Assembly (NCBI GenBank): GCA_021797745.1
Contig: JAJZZD010000001.1
Span: 128,468 to 192,467 of the forward strand
Origin: Candidatus Micrarchaeota archaeon
GTDB taxonomy: Archaea > Micrarchaeota > Micrarchaeia > Micrarchaeales > CABMGC01
Length of the DNA: 64,000 nucleotides
Reading direction: 5' to 3'
Position numbers and translations under genes: made by a program
Notes under the pieces: generated by a model
Seen by the model: the letters and a program-made list of their open reading frames with translations, nothing else
Databases searched by the model: none
What the model was told of the DNA's origin: nothing
Shown: positions 53,664 to 62,530 of the stretch, in pieces
Layout of the letters: each line of letters begins with the position of its first letter
Position numbering within the stretch: position 1 is the first letter of the stretch

Positions 53664-53735
53664 GGGCTCGTAGTCGAATGGTAAGACGTCTCCTTCACAC
53701 GGAGAAGATCCGGAGTCCGATTCTCCGCGGGCCCA
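53664..53735 (+). tRNA. tRNA-Val(CAC): tRNA-Val (anticodon CAC)
   Basis: Hand fold: acceptor GGGCUCG/CGGGCCC, anticodon stem UCUCC/GGAGA with loop UU-CAC-AC, T arm CGGAG-UCCGAUU-CUCCG, discriminator A. Confidence 0.8.
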
Positions 53736-53928
53736 TTTTGAAATTACAACTGCAAAAACAGTTTTCCGACGTGCTGACAGAATGCGGTACAGAACTTATG
53801 CTTTAATGAAAAGTGCCTTGCCTAATTCGTGAGCAATCAAATAGAAGCAAATTCAGCAGCTGCATTACGACTTTAGCTAATGAAACAGAAAAGTTTTGTA
53901 ATCCAGGATTACCAAAAAACGTATAAAT

Positions 53929-54462
53929 ATGATTAATCATTCATATGTTATGCGAAAAGGAGGCGGCGCAGTAGGCGCAATTCATCGCGTATTAAGTTCC
54001 AAGAATTATCTTGCTGCATTTTTTGTTATAGCTGTGCTGTCCTTCCTCGGCTACTCTTATCTTCTCTCCAGTTCATCATTAAATCTCTCAATTCCAAAAG
54101 TAGCCTTTGGACTTAACATCTATTCTTTAATTGTTTCAGCATTGATCAGCGTGCTGCTTGCACTTTCAATTGTTATGAACGCCTTCGCGTTTTTAAACGG
54201 AACCAAGCCGAACGTAAAGGCCGGCTTTGGCGCGGTAATAGTGGCAATAATACCTGGCAGTCTTTGCTGCACATCAGTGGTGCCTGCAATATTGGCTGCC
54301 TTCGGCGCTTCAACTACCACAATAATTAATGTAACCGGAGCGCTTCAAGGACCTTTCGCTACTTACGAAACACTGTTCATTGCCGCCTCGATGGGGCTTC
54401 TTTTGATAAGCATTTTGTTGGTTTCAAGGAACATTACCCGATGCTGTGCGGTGAAAAAATGA
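53929..54462 (+). CDS. Membrane protein with two vicinal Cys pairs (candidate thiophilic metal/Hg(II) transporter)
   Basis: About 5 TM helices, with CC inside a helix (PGSLCCTSVVPAI) and CC in the C-terminal tail (RCCAVKK). First gene of the mer-like cluster. The in-frame ATG 53950 is an alternative start, with TATA-like cgtataaat just upstream. Confidence 0.6.
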   Translation: MINHSYVMRKGGGAVGAIHRVLSSKNYLAAFFVIAVLSFLGYSYLLSSSSLNLSIPKVAFGLNIYSLIVSALISVLLALSIVMNAFAFLNGTKPNVKAGFGAVIVAIIPGSLCCTSVVPAILAAFGASTTTIINVTGALQGPFATYETLFIAASMGLLLISILLVSRNITRCCAVKK

Positions 54463-55034
54463 AAAATAGCCTATTATTCGGAATCTTAGCACTTGCCGTA
54501 GCGCTGTTGGCTGCGCTGTTATTTCTGAAATATGATTCGAATGGCGTAAATTCCAATTCCTTATCCCAGAATATTTCTGTAGGTTACCTGGCGCCTAATT
54601 ATGGCTTTTTCCTGAGCAACGGCTCTTATGTAAATTTATCCGCGTACAAGGGGCATGCAGTGGTCCTCTGGTTTGTAGCCACTTGGTGTCCTACTTGTGC
54701 GCAAGGTAACGAAGCGTTGAACCAGAGTTATCAATTTTTCGAGCGGCACGGGATCAAGGTAATAGAACTGGAGCTTTACCACGACTTGGGATATCAAGGT
54801 CCGTCTATAGCAAGTTTTGTGCGTTCGTATGCTTCTGACGCGTACACTAACAACACAATAATCCCTGCGCTCGCAGGCTATAACATGACTGCTGCCTATG
54901 ATCCGAAAGGCTATTTGGATATATACTATCTCATCTCGGCAAACGGGACCGTGATATACATAAATGGTTCTCCGGCTTCGACTCTGGGTCAGTTAGAGGA
55001 AGCAATAAACAGTTCTTTAAACAATTCATTATAG
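54459..55034 (+). CDS. Membrane-anchored thioredoxin-fold protein (TlpA/ResA-like)
   Basis: N-terminal hydrophobic anchor, WFVATWCPTCAQG (CxxC). ATGA overlap with the upstream membrane protein gene. Confidence 0.8.
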   Translation: MKNSLLFGILALAVALLAALLFLKYDSNGVNSNSLSQNISVGYLAPNYGFFLSNGSYVNLSAYKGHAVVLWFVATWCPTCAQGNEALNQSYQFFERHGIKVIELELYHDLGYQGPSIASFVRSYASDAYTNNTIIPALAGYNMTAAYDPKGYLDIYYLISANGTVIYINGSPASTLGQLEEAINSSLNNSL

Positions 55035-55041
55035 TGGTTTG

Positions 55042-55374
55042 ATGGATAAGCTAGAATTCAAAGCGTTTTTCTATGCAATAGGCGATTACAGCAGATTTAG
55101 CATACTGAAGGAATTGGCAAAGAACAACCTGAACGTAAGCGAAATAGTGGCCATGACCGGAATCGAGCAGAGCAACGTATCCCACCACATGTCCTGCCTG
55201 CTGAATTGCGGTTTTGTTAGCGTTAGAAGGAAAGGAAAGGAGCGCGTTTATGCGATTAACCCTAATGTGAAACAAACAGTAGACAGCATAACTAGCCACA
55301 TAGCTGCTTACAAAAAACGGATTATATCCTGCAATATAGCGAATAGGGCGTATATTTCCAAGGTGATTAAATAG
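55042..55374 (+). CDS. ArsR/SmtB family metal-responsive transcriptional regulator
   Basis: wHTH region RFSILKELAKNNLNVSEIVAMTGIEQSNVSHHMSCLLNCGFVSVRRKGKERVYAIN. Confidence 0.85.
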   Translation: MDKLEFKAFFYAIGDYSRFSILKELAKNNLNVSEIVAMTGIEQSNVSHHMSCLLNCGFVSVRRKGKERVYAINPNVKQTVDSITSHIAAYKKRIISCNIANRAYISKVIK

Positions 55375-56786
55375 ACGAATTTGAATATGCAATACTGGGA
55401 CAGGGATCGGCTGCTTTCGCAGCGGCAATAAAAGCAAACAGTCTGGGGATCAAAACAGTGATGATTGGCAAGAACGCAACAAGAGGGGCAATCCTGGGCG
55501 GAACGTGCATAAATGTAGGCTGCGTGCCTAGCAAGAGGCTTATAACAGTAAGCACGTTTTTTGAGGAGCTTAGAAGAAGACGGTACGCGGGGTTGGATTA
55601 CGAAATCCAGAAAATAGACTACGCAAAAATAGTCAAAGAGAAGAACAAAGTCGTAGGCGACTTGCGAAATGAAAAATACAAGAAGATATTGGAGACTATG
55701 GAAAACGTCACTTTCATAGGTGGTACAGGAAAGTTCATAGACGCAAACACGATTTCAGCAGGAAATAAAGAGATAAAATCAAAACATGTGCTTATAGCAA
55801 CAGGCGCCAGAGCAGCGATACCGCAGATAAAAGGAATAGAAAAAGCAAGCTATCTAACAAACGAGGAAGCTTTGTCTATTGACAAGCTTCCAGAATCTCT
55901 CATAGTTGTCGGTGGCAGGGCTCTCGGGCTGGAATTTGCCCAGATGTTTGCCCGATTTGGGGTTCATGTTACCTTACTGCAAAGGAGCGATAGGATAATA
56001 CCGAACTGGGAGCCAGAAATAAGCAGGCGCCTTGCTAAGTATTTGAAAGAGAGCGGAGTTAGCATAGTAACGAATGCGACTTTAGCGGAAATAGACTCAA
56101 AGAAAGGGTCAAAGAGCATAACTACCAGAGTCAATGGCAGAGAGGTTGCTTTCGACGCCGAGGAAATTCTTTTCGCCACGGGAAGAACTGCCAACGTAGA
56201 AAAGCTGAATCTAAATGCCGCAGGTGTAAAACTAAACGAGCGAAACTTCGTCAAAGTCGATAACGAACTCAGAACAACGGCTGAAAGCATATTCGCCGCA
56301 GGCGACGTCACGGGCGAGCCTATGCTTGAAACCTTGGCTGCAAAGGAAGGCAACGTAGCGACTTCAAATATTTTCGAGAATGCGAAAAAGCCAATAAACC
56401 TGAACGAAGTACCGAGTGCGATATTCACCTACCCGGAGGCTGCAATGGTCGGCATGACCGAAGAGCAGGTAGTTAAAAATAGGATAAAATGCAGCTGCAG
56501 CCCTGTGGAGTTTAAGCTTGTCGCAAAAGCATCGATAATAGGCGATACAAGAGGAATTGTGAAAATAGTAATAGACAGCAAGACCAAGAAGATACTCGGA
56601 GTGCATATGCTGGCACCGCATGCTGCCGACCTGGTGCACGAAGGCGTGCTTGCGGTTAAATTCGGACTGACAATAGACGACATAATAGATACTGTGCACG
56701 TATTTCCAACGCTTAGCGAAGGGTTGAAGCTAGCTGCTCAGTCTTTCTACGAAGATGTTTCTAAGCTCAGCTGCTGCACCGTATAG
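55371..56786 (+). CDS. merA: Mercuric reductase-like pyridine nucleotide-disulfide oxidoreductase (core MerA without the NmerA domain); initiation codon unresolved
   Basis: GGTCINVGCVPSK redox disulfide, C-terminal vicinal Cys pair (LSCCTV), dimerisation domain. The FAD motif ILGQGSAAFAAAIKA lies upstream of the ORF-track GTG start (55458), in a stretch open from 55371 that has no ATG, GTG or TTG. Confidence 0.7.
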   Translation: MDEFEYAILGQGSAAFAAAIKANSLGIKTVMIGKNATRGAILGGTCINVGCVPSKRLITVSTFFEELRRRRYAGLDYEIQKIDYAKIVKEKNKVVGDLRNEKYKKILETMENVTFIGGTGKFIDANTISAGNKEIKSKHVLIATGARAAIPQIKGIEKASYLTNEEALSIDKLPESLIVVGGRALGLEFAQMFARFGVHVTLLQRSDRIIPNWEPEISRRLAKYLKESGVSIVTNATLAEIDSKKGSKSITTRVNGREVAFDAEEILFATGRTANVEKLNLNAAGVKLNERNFVKVDNELRTTAESIFAAGDVTGEPMLETLAAKEGNVATSNIFENAKKPINLNEVPSAIFTYPEAAMVGMTEEQVVKNRIKCSCSPVEFKLVAKASIIGDTRGIVKIVIDSKTKKILGVHMLAPHAADLVHEGVLAVKFGLTIDDIIDTVHVFPTLSEGLKLAAQSFYEDVSKLSCCTV

Positions 56787-56814
56787 CCTGTTGTGCTTCC
56801 CGGTCATCAAAAGC

Positions 56815-56824
56815 AGTATTTACC
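56815..56824 (+). promoter_or_regulatory. TATA box candidate for 56843..57523
   Basis: agtatttacc centred about 24 nt upstream of ATG 56843. Confidence 0.4.
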
Positions 56825-56842
56825 TAATGCTCCAACGTTTGT

Positions 56843-57523
56843 ATGAAGATAAAAATTGCGGAAAGGCAGAGATTAAATAATGCGCGTGCACATATCTTTG
56901 GTGTAAGCACGCTATTCGTTGACGAACTCGCCTTTTACCTGTTCATGCTAGGTTTCGCAGGGCTGTTGCTCGCATATGTAATACTTAACATATATTCCTT
57001 ATACCGCAGAAAGAAAGGCAATTTGAATTTCGAGCTCAAATCAGTCTCCGTTCCGCTTGCGGGGCTCGGAATATACATGACAATAGTCGGATTGATAGGA
57101 CAGTTGACATGGTTCCTTCCGGGCCCGTATAATATCCTGTTTCTGGATCCGCTCGTAGCCTTTGGCTTGCTTCTTATAATTTTTGCAGTTTCTGTGCGGT
57201 TCAGGCTTAAGCTGCAGTACGCAGGTATTCTCGCGCTTTTGACAGGGTTTATGACCGTGTATTATGGCTTCTCAGGATACCAGCTTAACCTGACTGCAGC
57301 TCCTTTGGAGATGTTTGCCATGTTTTCTCTTTTCGGCCTTGCCGGTGTGCTCGCCTATCCTGTGTCAGTCATGGTGGACCGTTTCAACGAGCACGAAAAG
57401 AATACATGGCTTGGCTGGCATCTCATACTACTGGTATTCCTAATTCTCATCGTCTTTGCAAGCCTTGCTGCGCTATACGCGGGAGCTGTTGCACTGCCTG
57501 CGCATCTGGCATCGCCTCCATGA
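56843..57523 (+). CDS. Hypothetical polytopic membrane protein
   Basis: 226 aa with about 6 TM helices and no motif recognised. Confidence 0.6.
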   Translation: MKIKIAERQRLNNARAHIFGVSTLFVDELAFYLFMLGFAGLLLAYVILNIYSLYRRKKGNLNFELKSVSVPLAGLGIYMTIVGLIGQLTWFLPGPYNILFLDPLVAFGLLLIIFAVSVRFRLKLQYAGILALLTGFMTVYYGFSGYQLNLTAAPLEMFAMFSLFGLAGVLAYPVSVMVDRFNEHEKNTWLGWHLILLVFLILIVFASLAALYAGAVALPAHLASPP

Positions 57524-57553
57524 CTGCTTTTATGCGCGTCGGAGAGCGCGCAG

Positions 57554-57562
57554 ATTTAAATA
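57554..57562 (+). promoter_or_regulatory. TATA box candidate for the DUF373 gene
   Basis: atttaaata centred about 27 nt upstream of ATG 57585. Supports the shorter start. Confidence 0.5.
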
Positions 57563-57584
57563 CCTCTTTTTCTTATGTTATGCT

Positions 57585-58829
57585 ATGCGCGATTTAAAGC
57601 TAAGCAAGGAAAAAAACGAGAGGCTTTTGGTGCTGGTTATAGACGTAGACAACGATCTTTACCGCAAGACAAAGATAGGAGGCCCGCTTCTCGGCAGGGT
57701 TCAAAACCTCAACGGAGCCACACAGCTCGGACTTGCAGACCCGGAAGACCCAGATTCCAACACCATGTTTGCAGCCGTGAAGATATACGACCAGCTTAAG
57801 GAAGACGGCTACCAGGTCAACATAGCAACTATAACTGGCGCTGAGAGCGGCGGCTACGCAGCCGACAGCGAGATAGTGAGGCAGCTTGAGCACGTACTGC
57901 AGCAGTACAAGAGCGACTCGTGCATTTTCGTCGGAAGCGGGGCAAGCGACGAAAGAGTAATGCCGCTCATAGAATCCCGGATAAAAATATCAAGCGTCAA
58001 GCCAGTAATCATAAAGCAGGCGCAGGCGTTCGAGAACACATACGTCAAGATCCTTGACAAGCTGCAGGAACCGCATTATGCAAGAATAGTGTTCGGCATA
58101 CCTGCGATAGTTCTGCTTCTTTTCGCTATAAGCTACGCCATAGGCATAGGCTGGCAGGTTCCTGTCGGCATAATCGGCGTATACCTTGTGCTGAAGGGAT
58201 TCGGGATAGAAGATTCGCTAATAAGCTCATTCAACAGCCTGGGCTTCAGCCTCGACAAGATGAGCTTCGTGTTTTACCTGAGTGCGCTTGTATTCTCGAT
58301 AGCGAGCCTGTTCCTGGCTGTTGGAAATTACGCGTACCAGATAAAGCAAAATTCTCTGGTGATTTCCGTTGCGTATGCGCTCGAAGGGTTCATGGTATTG
58401 ATTCCAGTGGCGATGATTCTGTATCTTGCCGGCCGCTCCATCGACACTAGAAGCAACAGGTACATATTCAGGAACTTCAAATACGGCGTGTATGTAGGCT
58501 CTGTGATAATATTCTGGGTGCTCGTGTATACGTTCATAGCCTGGATAATAGGTCAGTTGTACTTCAGCCAGTTTCTTCTTTTCACTATCATAGCCATAAT
58601 CGTTGGAATAAGCGTGTCATCATTTTCCAACGTGCTCAGGAGAAGGGCGCTTAGGCAGAGAAGGCTGGTGAACAAAACAGTGATAAATGAGGTAGGCGCC
58701 CTTATAGGCAAGGTGACCAAAGTGGATGCGAGAAACGGCAAGCTGATCGTTAACACATCTTTCGGCAACCCTATAAAATACGGTGTCGACAGGATTGTTG
58801 AAATTTCCGACAAGGTAGTCATAAAGTAG
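57585..58829 (+). CDS. DUF373 family archaeal membrane protein
   Basis: N-terminal soluble domain LLVLVIDVDNDLYRKTKIGGPLLGR...LGLADPEDPDSNTMFAAVKIYDQL followed by about 6 TM helices. The upstream extension from 57456 overlaps the previous gene and looks spurious. Confidence 0.75.
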   Translation: MRDLKLSKEKNERLLVLVIDVDNDLYRKTKIGGPLLGRVQNLNGATQLGLADPEDPDSNTMFAAVKIYDQLKEDGYQVNIATITGAESGGYAADSEIVRQLEHVLQQYKSDSCIFVGSGASDERVMPLIESRIKISSVKPVIIKQAQAFENTYVKILDKLQEPHYARIVFGIPAIVLLLFAISYAIGIGWQVPVGIIGVYLVLKGFGIEDSLISSFNSLGFSLDKMSFVFYLSALVFSIASLFLAVGNYAYQIKQNSLVISVAYALEGFMVLIPVAMILYLAGRSIDTRSNRYIFRNFKYGVYVGSVIIFWVLVYTFIAWIIGQLYFSQFLLFTIIAIIVGISVSSFSNVLRRRALRQRRLVNKTVINEVGALIGKVTKVDARNGKLIVNTSFGNPIKYGVDRIVEISDKVVIK

Positions 58830-58994
58830 CAATTGCGTCATGCGCTTTAGCTAGCGATTTTATGGCGCATTCATTGACTTTGTTGATTTAATCTGGCTTT
58901 ATCAACAAAATTTGACTTTTTCAACAAAGCCGCATTCACCATAACCTTTATATTAATGAAGCTGAAAAAGTATTTCTGCAAATAAGAAAAAACG

Positions 58995-59004
58995 TATTTA
59001 AATA
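58995..59004 (+). promoter_or_regulatory. TATA box candidate for the ribosomal protein operon starting with Rpp29
   Basis: tatttaaata centred about 25 nt upstream of ATG 59025. Confidence 0.5.
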
Positions 59005-59024
59005 CGCAGAACGATAGAATTCGC

Positions 59025-59342
59025 ATGCAGAAAGACAATGCCAAGTACTCGGCATACAGCAATAGGAACATAGTCATAAACGAGCTGATAGGGCTCAAGG
59101 TGAAGGTAGTAAAAAGCTCCGACAAAAAACAGAAGGGCACAGAAGGCACAGTGATAGACGAGACAAAAGGCATGCTTGTAGTAAGTACTAATACTGGCAT
59201 CAAAAAACTGCAAAAAACAGCATCGGAATTTCGCTTCTACGCAGGAGCAAGGTCTTTTCTTGTTTCCGGCGAAGAGATAAATTTCAGGCCTGATGAAAGA
59301 ACGGAGAAAGCGCTCAGGTATTACAAGATGAGGAAAGTTTGA
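59025..59342 (+). CDS. rnp1: RNase P protein component 1 (Rpp29/Pop4)
   Basis: NELIGLKVKVVKSSDKKQKGTEGTVIDETKGMLVV Sm-like barrel pattern. Conserved position immediately upstream of S17. Confidence 0.85.
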   Translation: MQKDNAKYSAYSNRNIVINELIGLKVKVVKSSDKKQKGTEGTVIDETKGMLVVSTNTGIKKLQKTASEFRFYAGARSFLVSGEEINFRPDERTEKALRYYKMRKV

Positions 59343-59385
59343 AAAACAGAAAGTAAGCAAGAAGAAAGAAAAAGGATGTGAAACA

Positions 59386-59709
59386 ATGCCAAATGACACA
59401 AACGGCAAAGAGCTCGCAGACTGCAAGGACCCGAAGTGCCCGATCCACGGCACGCTGGGCGCAAGAGGAGCGGTATTTACAGGTGCAGTGGTGAGCGACA
59501 AGGCAAAGAAAACCGTAATAGTCGAAGTTGAGTACATAAAATACATTTACAAATACGAGCGTTACCTACGAAAGCGCTCAAGGATACCTGCTTACAATCC
59601 CACGTGCATTTCAGCAAAGGCAGGAGACATAGTGAAGATAGCTGAGACAAGGAAGCTCAGCAAGACAAAGAATTTCGCAGTAACAGAAATTTTGAAAAGC
59701 GCTAAATAA
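59386..59709 (+). CDS. rps17: 30S ribosomal protein S17 (uS17)
   Basis: CPIHG...GAVVSDKAKKTVIVEV...YNP...GDIVKIAETRKLSKTK pattern. SD-like aggatgtga upstream. Operon order. Confidence 0.9.
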   Translation: MPNDTNGKELADCKDPKCPIHGTLGARGAVFTGAVVSDKAKKTVIVEVEYIKYIYKYERYLRKRSRIPAYNPTCISAKAGDIVKIAETRKLSKTKNFAVTEILKSAK

Positions 59710-59751
59710 TCTTTATGGTTTTAATGATTTTAAATGGTTCAAGTGGTTTAA

Positions 59752-60156
59752 ATGAGAGGCCTGGCAACTCACATAACAAGGACGATAGTCCCTATGAGCG
59801 TAATAAACTGCGCCGACAACAGCGGAGCGCTAAAGTTCAGGATGATAAACAAGCGCGGGAAAGGCCACCGACACGGAAGGCTTGCAGCCGCAGGAATAGG
59901 AGACATGATAACTGCCAGCGTTATAAAAGGGTCGCCAAACTACCTGAAGAAGCCGGTTCTAGTTGTCATAGTGCGGCAAAAAGCGCCTATAAGGAGAGCA
60001 AACGGCATGCGCATACGATTCGAGGACAACGCCGGAGTGATGGTCGACGACAGCAAATTCCACCTGCCGATAGGTACTGAGGTTAAAGGAGCCATGGCAA
60101 GGGAAGTGGTTGAAATAAACGTAAAGCTCGCAGGCATAGCGCCGAAAATAATATGA
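59752..60156 (+). CDS. rpl14: 50S ribosomal protein L14 (uL14)
   Basis: INCADNSGA and FEDNAGV motifs. Operon order. Confidence 0.9.
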   Translation: MRGLATHITRTIVPMSVINCADNSGALKFRMINKRGKGHRHGRLAAAGIGDMITASVIKGSPNYLKKPVLVVIVRQKAPIRRANGMRIRFEDNAGVMVDDSKFHLPIGTEVKGAMAREVVEINVKLAGIAPKII

Positions 60157-60180
60157 AAAACCAATGCGACGGTGTGAATT

Positions 60181-60543
60181 ATGATTTACAGCTCAAAACC
60201 CAGGAAGCAAAGAAATTTCAGATTCAATGCTCCAATGCATGTAAGGCAGCACTTCGCGCATGTGCACCTGTCAAAGGAGCTCAAATCAAAGCTAGGCACT
60301 AAAAAGAGGAACATTGAGGTAAGAAAAGGAGACACTGTGAAGATAATGGCCGGAGGCTTCAGGGGAAAGTCAGGAAAAGTGTCTGGCGTAGACCTGAAGA
60401 GCGGGAAAATATTCGTGGAAGGGATAAACAGGAAAGACGCGCGCGGAAAGGAAAAACCAATCCCGATCCAGACATCAAACGTTTATCTTACTGACATAGA
60501 TCTCGGAGATAAGCTTAGGGATGCAAAGGTAAAAGCAAAATAA
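60181..60543 (+). CDS. rpl24: 50S ribosomal protein L24 (uL24)
   Basis: SKPRKQRNFRFNAPMHVR N-terminus and KOW motif KGDTVKIMAGGFRGKSGKV. SD-like ggtgtga upstream. Confidence 0.9.
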   Translation: MIYSSKPRKQRNFRFNAPMHVRQHFAHVHLSKELKSKLGTKKRNIEVRKGDTVKIMAGGFRGKSGKVSGVDLKSGKIFVEGINRKDARGKEKPIPIQTSNVYLTDIDLGDKLRDAKVKAK

Positions 60544-60618
60544 GCAGATGTATAAAAAGAAAAAACAATAAACAGAAAAGCAGGAAAGAATAAACAAATC
60601 TGAATGTAAAGTGTTCAT

Positions 60619-61302
60619 ATGAGCAGGAAAGGCAACAGCAGGCACGTAAAAAGGCTCGCGGCAAGCCAGTACGCCGGTGCAAAAAGGAAAGAAGCCGCGT
60701 ATCTAGCTAAGCCAACGCCAGGCAGGCACACCCTGGAGCAGAACGCCACGCTCCTGTCAATAATAAGGGACATGCTGCATATTGCCAATACTGAAAAAGA
60801 AGCGGAACTGCCGGTAAGGGCGGGAAGCTTCAAGGTCAACGGCAGGATAGTCAAAGATATCAAGTATCCTATAGGCTACGGTGACGTGATACAGATACTC
60901 CCTCTCGGCAAATTCTATGGCATAGGAATCAACAAGCAGGGAAAGATTACCGTGAAAGAGGTCAAGGAGGCGCAGGGAAGGACAGCAAAGATAATAGGCA
61001 AGTACGTAGCTAAGGGCAAAAAGATAATGCTTAGGCTCAACGACGGGACAGTTGTAGGATTCGAAAAACCTGCAAATGTTAACGATTCAGTTCGTATATC
61101 GCTTGACAATAAAATAGACGGCATCCTCAAGCTTCAGGAAGGCGCCAGGTGCGAAGTGTTCAAGGGAGCACACGCCGCAGAGACTGGCACGATAACAGGA
61201 TTGACAAACGGAACTGCGCAGATTTCGGCAAAGGCAAGGATAAAAAGCAGTTCAGGAACGTTCGAGACGCTTGTGGAAAATATAATAGTGACTGGTGAAT
61301 GA
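60619..61302 (+). CDS. rps4e: 30S ribosomal protein S4e (eS4)
   Basis: MSRKGNSRHVKRLAA start, S4/KOW-like segments. Operon order. Confidence 0.9.
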   Translation: MSRKGNSRHVKRLAASQYAGAKRKEAAYLAKPTPGRHTLEQNATLLSIIRDMLHIANTEKEAELPVRAGSFKVNGRIVKDIKYPIGYGDVIQILPLGKFYGIGINKQGKITVKEVKEAQGRTAKIIGKYVAKGKKIMLRLNDGTVVGFEKPANVNDSVRISLDNKIDGILKLQEGARCEVFKGAHAAETGTITGLTNGTAQISAKARIKSSSGTFETLVENIIVTGE

Positions 61303-61835
61303 AAATGCCCGAGCAGAAGACAAGCAATCCGATGAGCAGCATATACCTAAACAAGCTTGTGCTGAACATAGGCATAGGAAACAGCGAAGACAAGTACGAT
61401 TCAGCAAAATCCCTTCTTAACAAGCTTACCGGTAAAACTGTCATGCAGACGAGGGCCAGGACAAGGGAGCCGGCATTTGGCATAAAGAAGGACCAGATAA
61501 TAGGCGCCGTTGTCACGCTCAGGAAGTCTGAGGCAAATGATATGCTCAAGAGGGCGCTCGAGGCAAACGGCAGCATGATACAGCCTACGAGCATAACAAA
61601 CAACTCGCTGAGCTTTGGCGTGAAGGAATACATTTATTTCTCCGGCGTGAAGTACGACCCAAAGATAGGCATGCTGGGACTCAATGTCAATGCATATTTC
61701 TCAAGGAAGGGCATGCGCGTCGGGCTCAGGAAAAGGAAGAATTCGAGTGCAAGCAAAAAGCACAAGACAATAGACTACGAGGAAATGCTGTCTTACCTGC
61801 AGAAAAATTACGGAGTTAAATTATCGCAAACGTGA
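61299..61835 (+). CDS. rpl5: 50S ribosomal protein L5 (uL5)
   Basis: [10 protein letters not shown] and GMLGLNV patterns. ATGA overlap with S4e. Confidence 0.9.
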   Translation: MKMPEQKTSNPMSSIYLNKLVLNIGIGNSEDKYDSAKSLLNKLTGKTVMQTRARTREPAFGIKKDQIIGAVVTLRKSEANDMLKRALEANGSMIQPTSITNNSLSFGVKEYIYFSGVKYDPKIGMLGLNVNAYFSRKGMRVGLRKRKNSSASKKHKTIDYEEMLSYLQKNYGVKLSQT

Positions 61836-61843
61836 ATGATGCT

Positions 61844-62002
61844 ATGAAAATGAACTACAACAACAGGTACCGAGGAAAGGGCGGCAGGAAATGCAGAATC
61901 TGCGGCACATCGCGAGGCGTAATCAGGTCGTACGGCCTATGCATATGCAGAAGGTGCTTCAGGGAAGTGGCTGAGGAAATAGGCTTCATTAAGTACCAGT
62001 GA
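61844..62002 (+). CDS. rps14: 30S ribosomal protein S14 type Z (uS14, zinc-binding)
   Basis: Hand translation gives [52 protein letters not shown] with CxxC...CxxC. Below the ORF-track cut-off. Sits between L5 and S8 as expected. Confidence 0.9.
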   Translation: MKMNYNNRYRGKGGRKCRICGTSRGVIRSYGLCICRRCFREVAEEIGFIKYQ

Positions 62003-62089
62003 ATTCGCGAATAAAAATTACATAAAGTAAGCAAAAAATAAAACTAAACAAAAATAAAATAAAGAAAAACAAAACAAAAATGTGATAAA

Positions 62090-62473
62090 ATGGTCGATGT
62101 GCTTTCAGACACGCTAAACAAGATAAAGATATACGAGAACATAGGCAAGGACCAATGCACCGTGCCTGACACCAAACTGGTCAAGGCCGTCCTGCTAGCG
62201 CTGAAGAAGAGCAACTACGTTAAGGAAATAGAAGAAATCAAATCCGGCAAGTTCCCGGCACTGAAGGTCACGCTCTCAAAGAAGATAAATGACATAGGCG
62301 TCATAAAGCCAAGGCACGCAGTAGCGCTAGACGATTACCAGAAGTACGAAGCGAGATACATACCCAGCAGGAACTTCGGCATGCTGATAATATCAACGCC
62401 TCTGGGAATAATGAGCAACAAGGAGGCAAAGGAGCAGAAAACAGGCGGCAGGATACTGGCGTTCGTTTATTGA
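62090..62473 (+). CDS. rps8: 30S ribosomal protein S8 (uS8)
   Basis: LSDTLNKIKIYEN start and C-terminal GGRILAFVY. Operon order. Confidence 0.9.
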   Translation: MVDVLSDTLNKIKIYENIGKDQCTVPDTKLVKAVLLALKKSNYVKEIEEIKSGKFPALKVTLSKKINDIGVIKPRHAVALDDYQKYEARYIPSRNFGMLIISTPLGIMSNKEAKEQKTGGRILAFVY

Positions 62474-62530
62474 AAGCATTTATGGAAGCGTTCATCAAAA
62501 AAATGTTTACCTGATTAAAATCGTGATTAT

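Noticed and set aside
57456-57584. N-terminal extension of the DUF373 ORF (MQALLRYTRELLHC...)
   Set aside because: It overlaps the preceding membrane protein gene and is Arg/Cys-rich. A TATA box at 57554-57562 sits at leaderless distance from ATG 57585.
59715-60080. 121 aa Arg-rich ORF on the plus strand
   Set aside because: It is an alternative frame of the L14 gene, and the L14 frame carries the conserved motifs.
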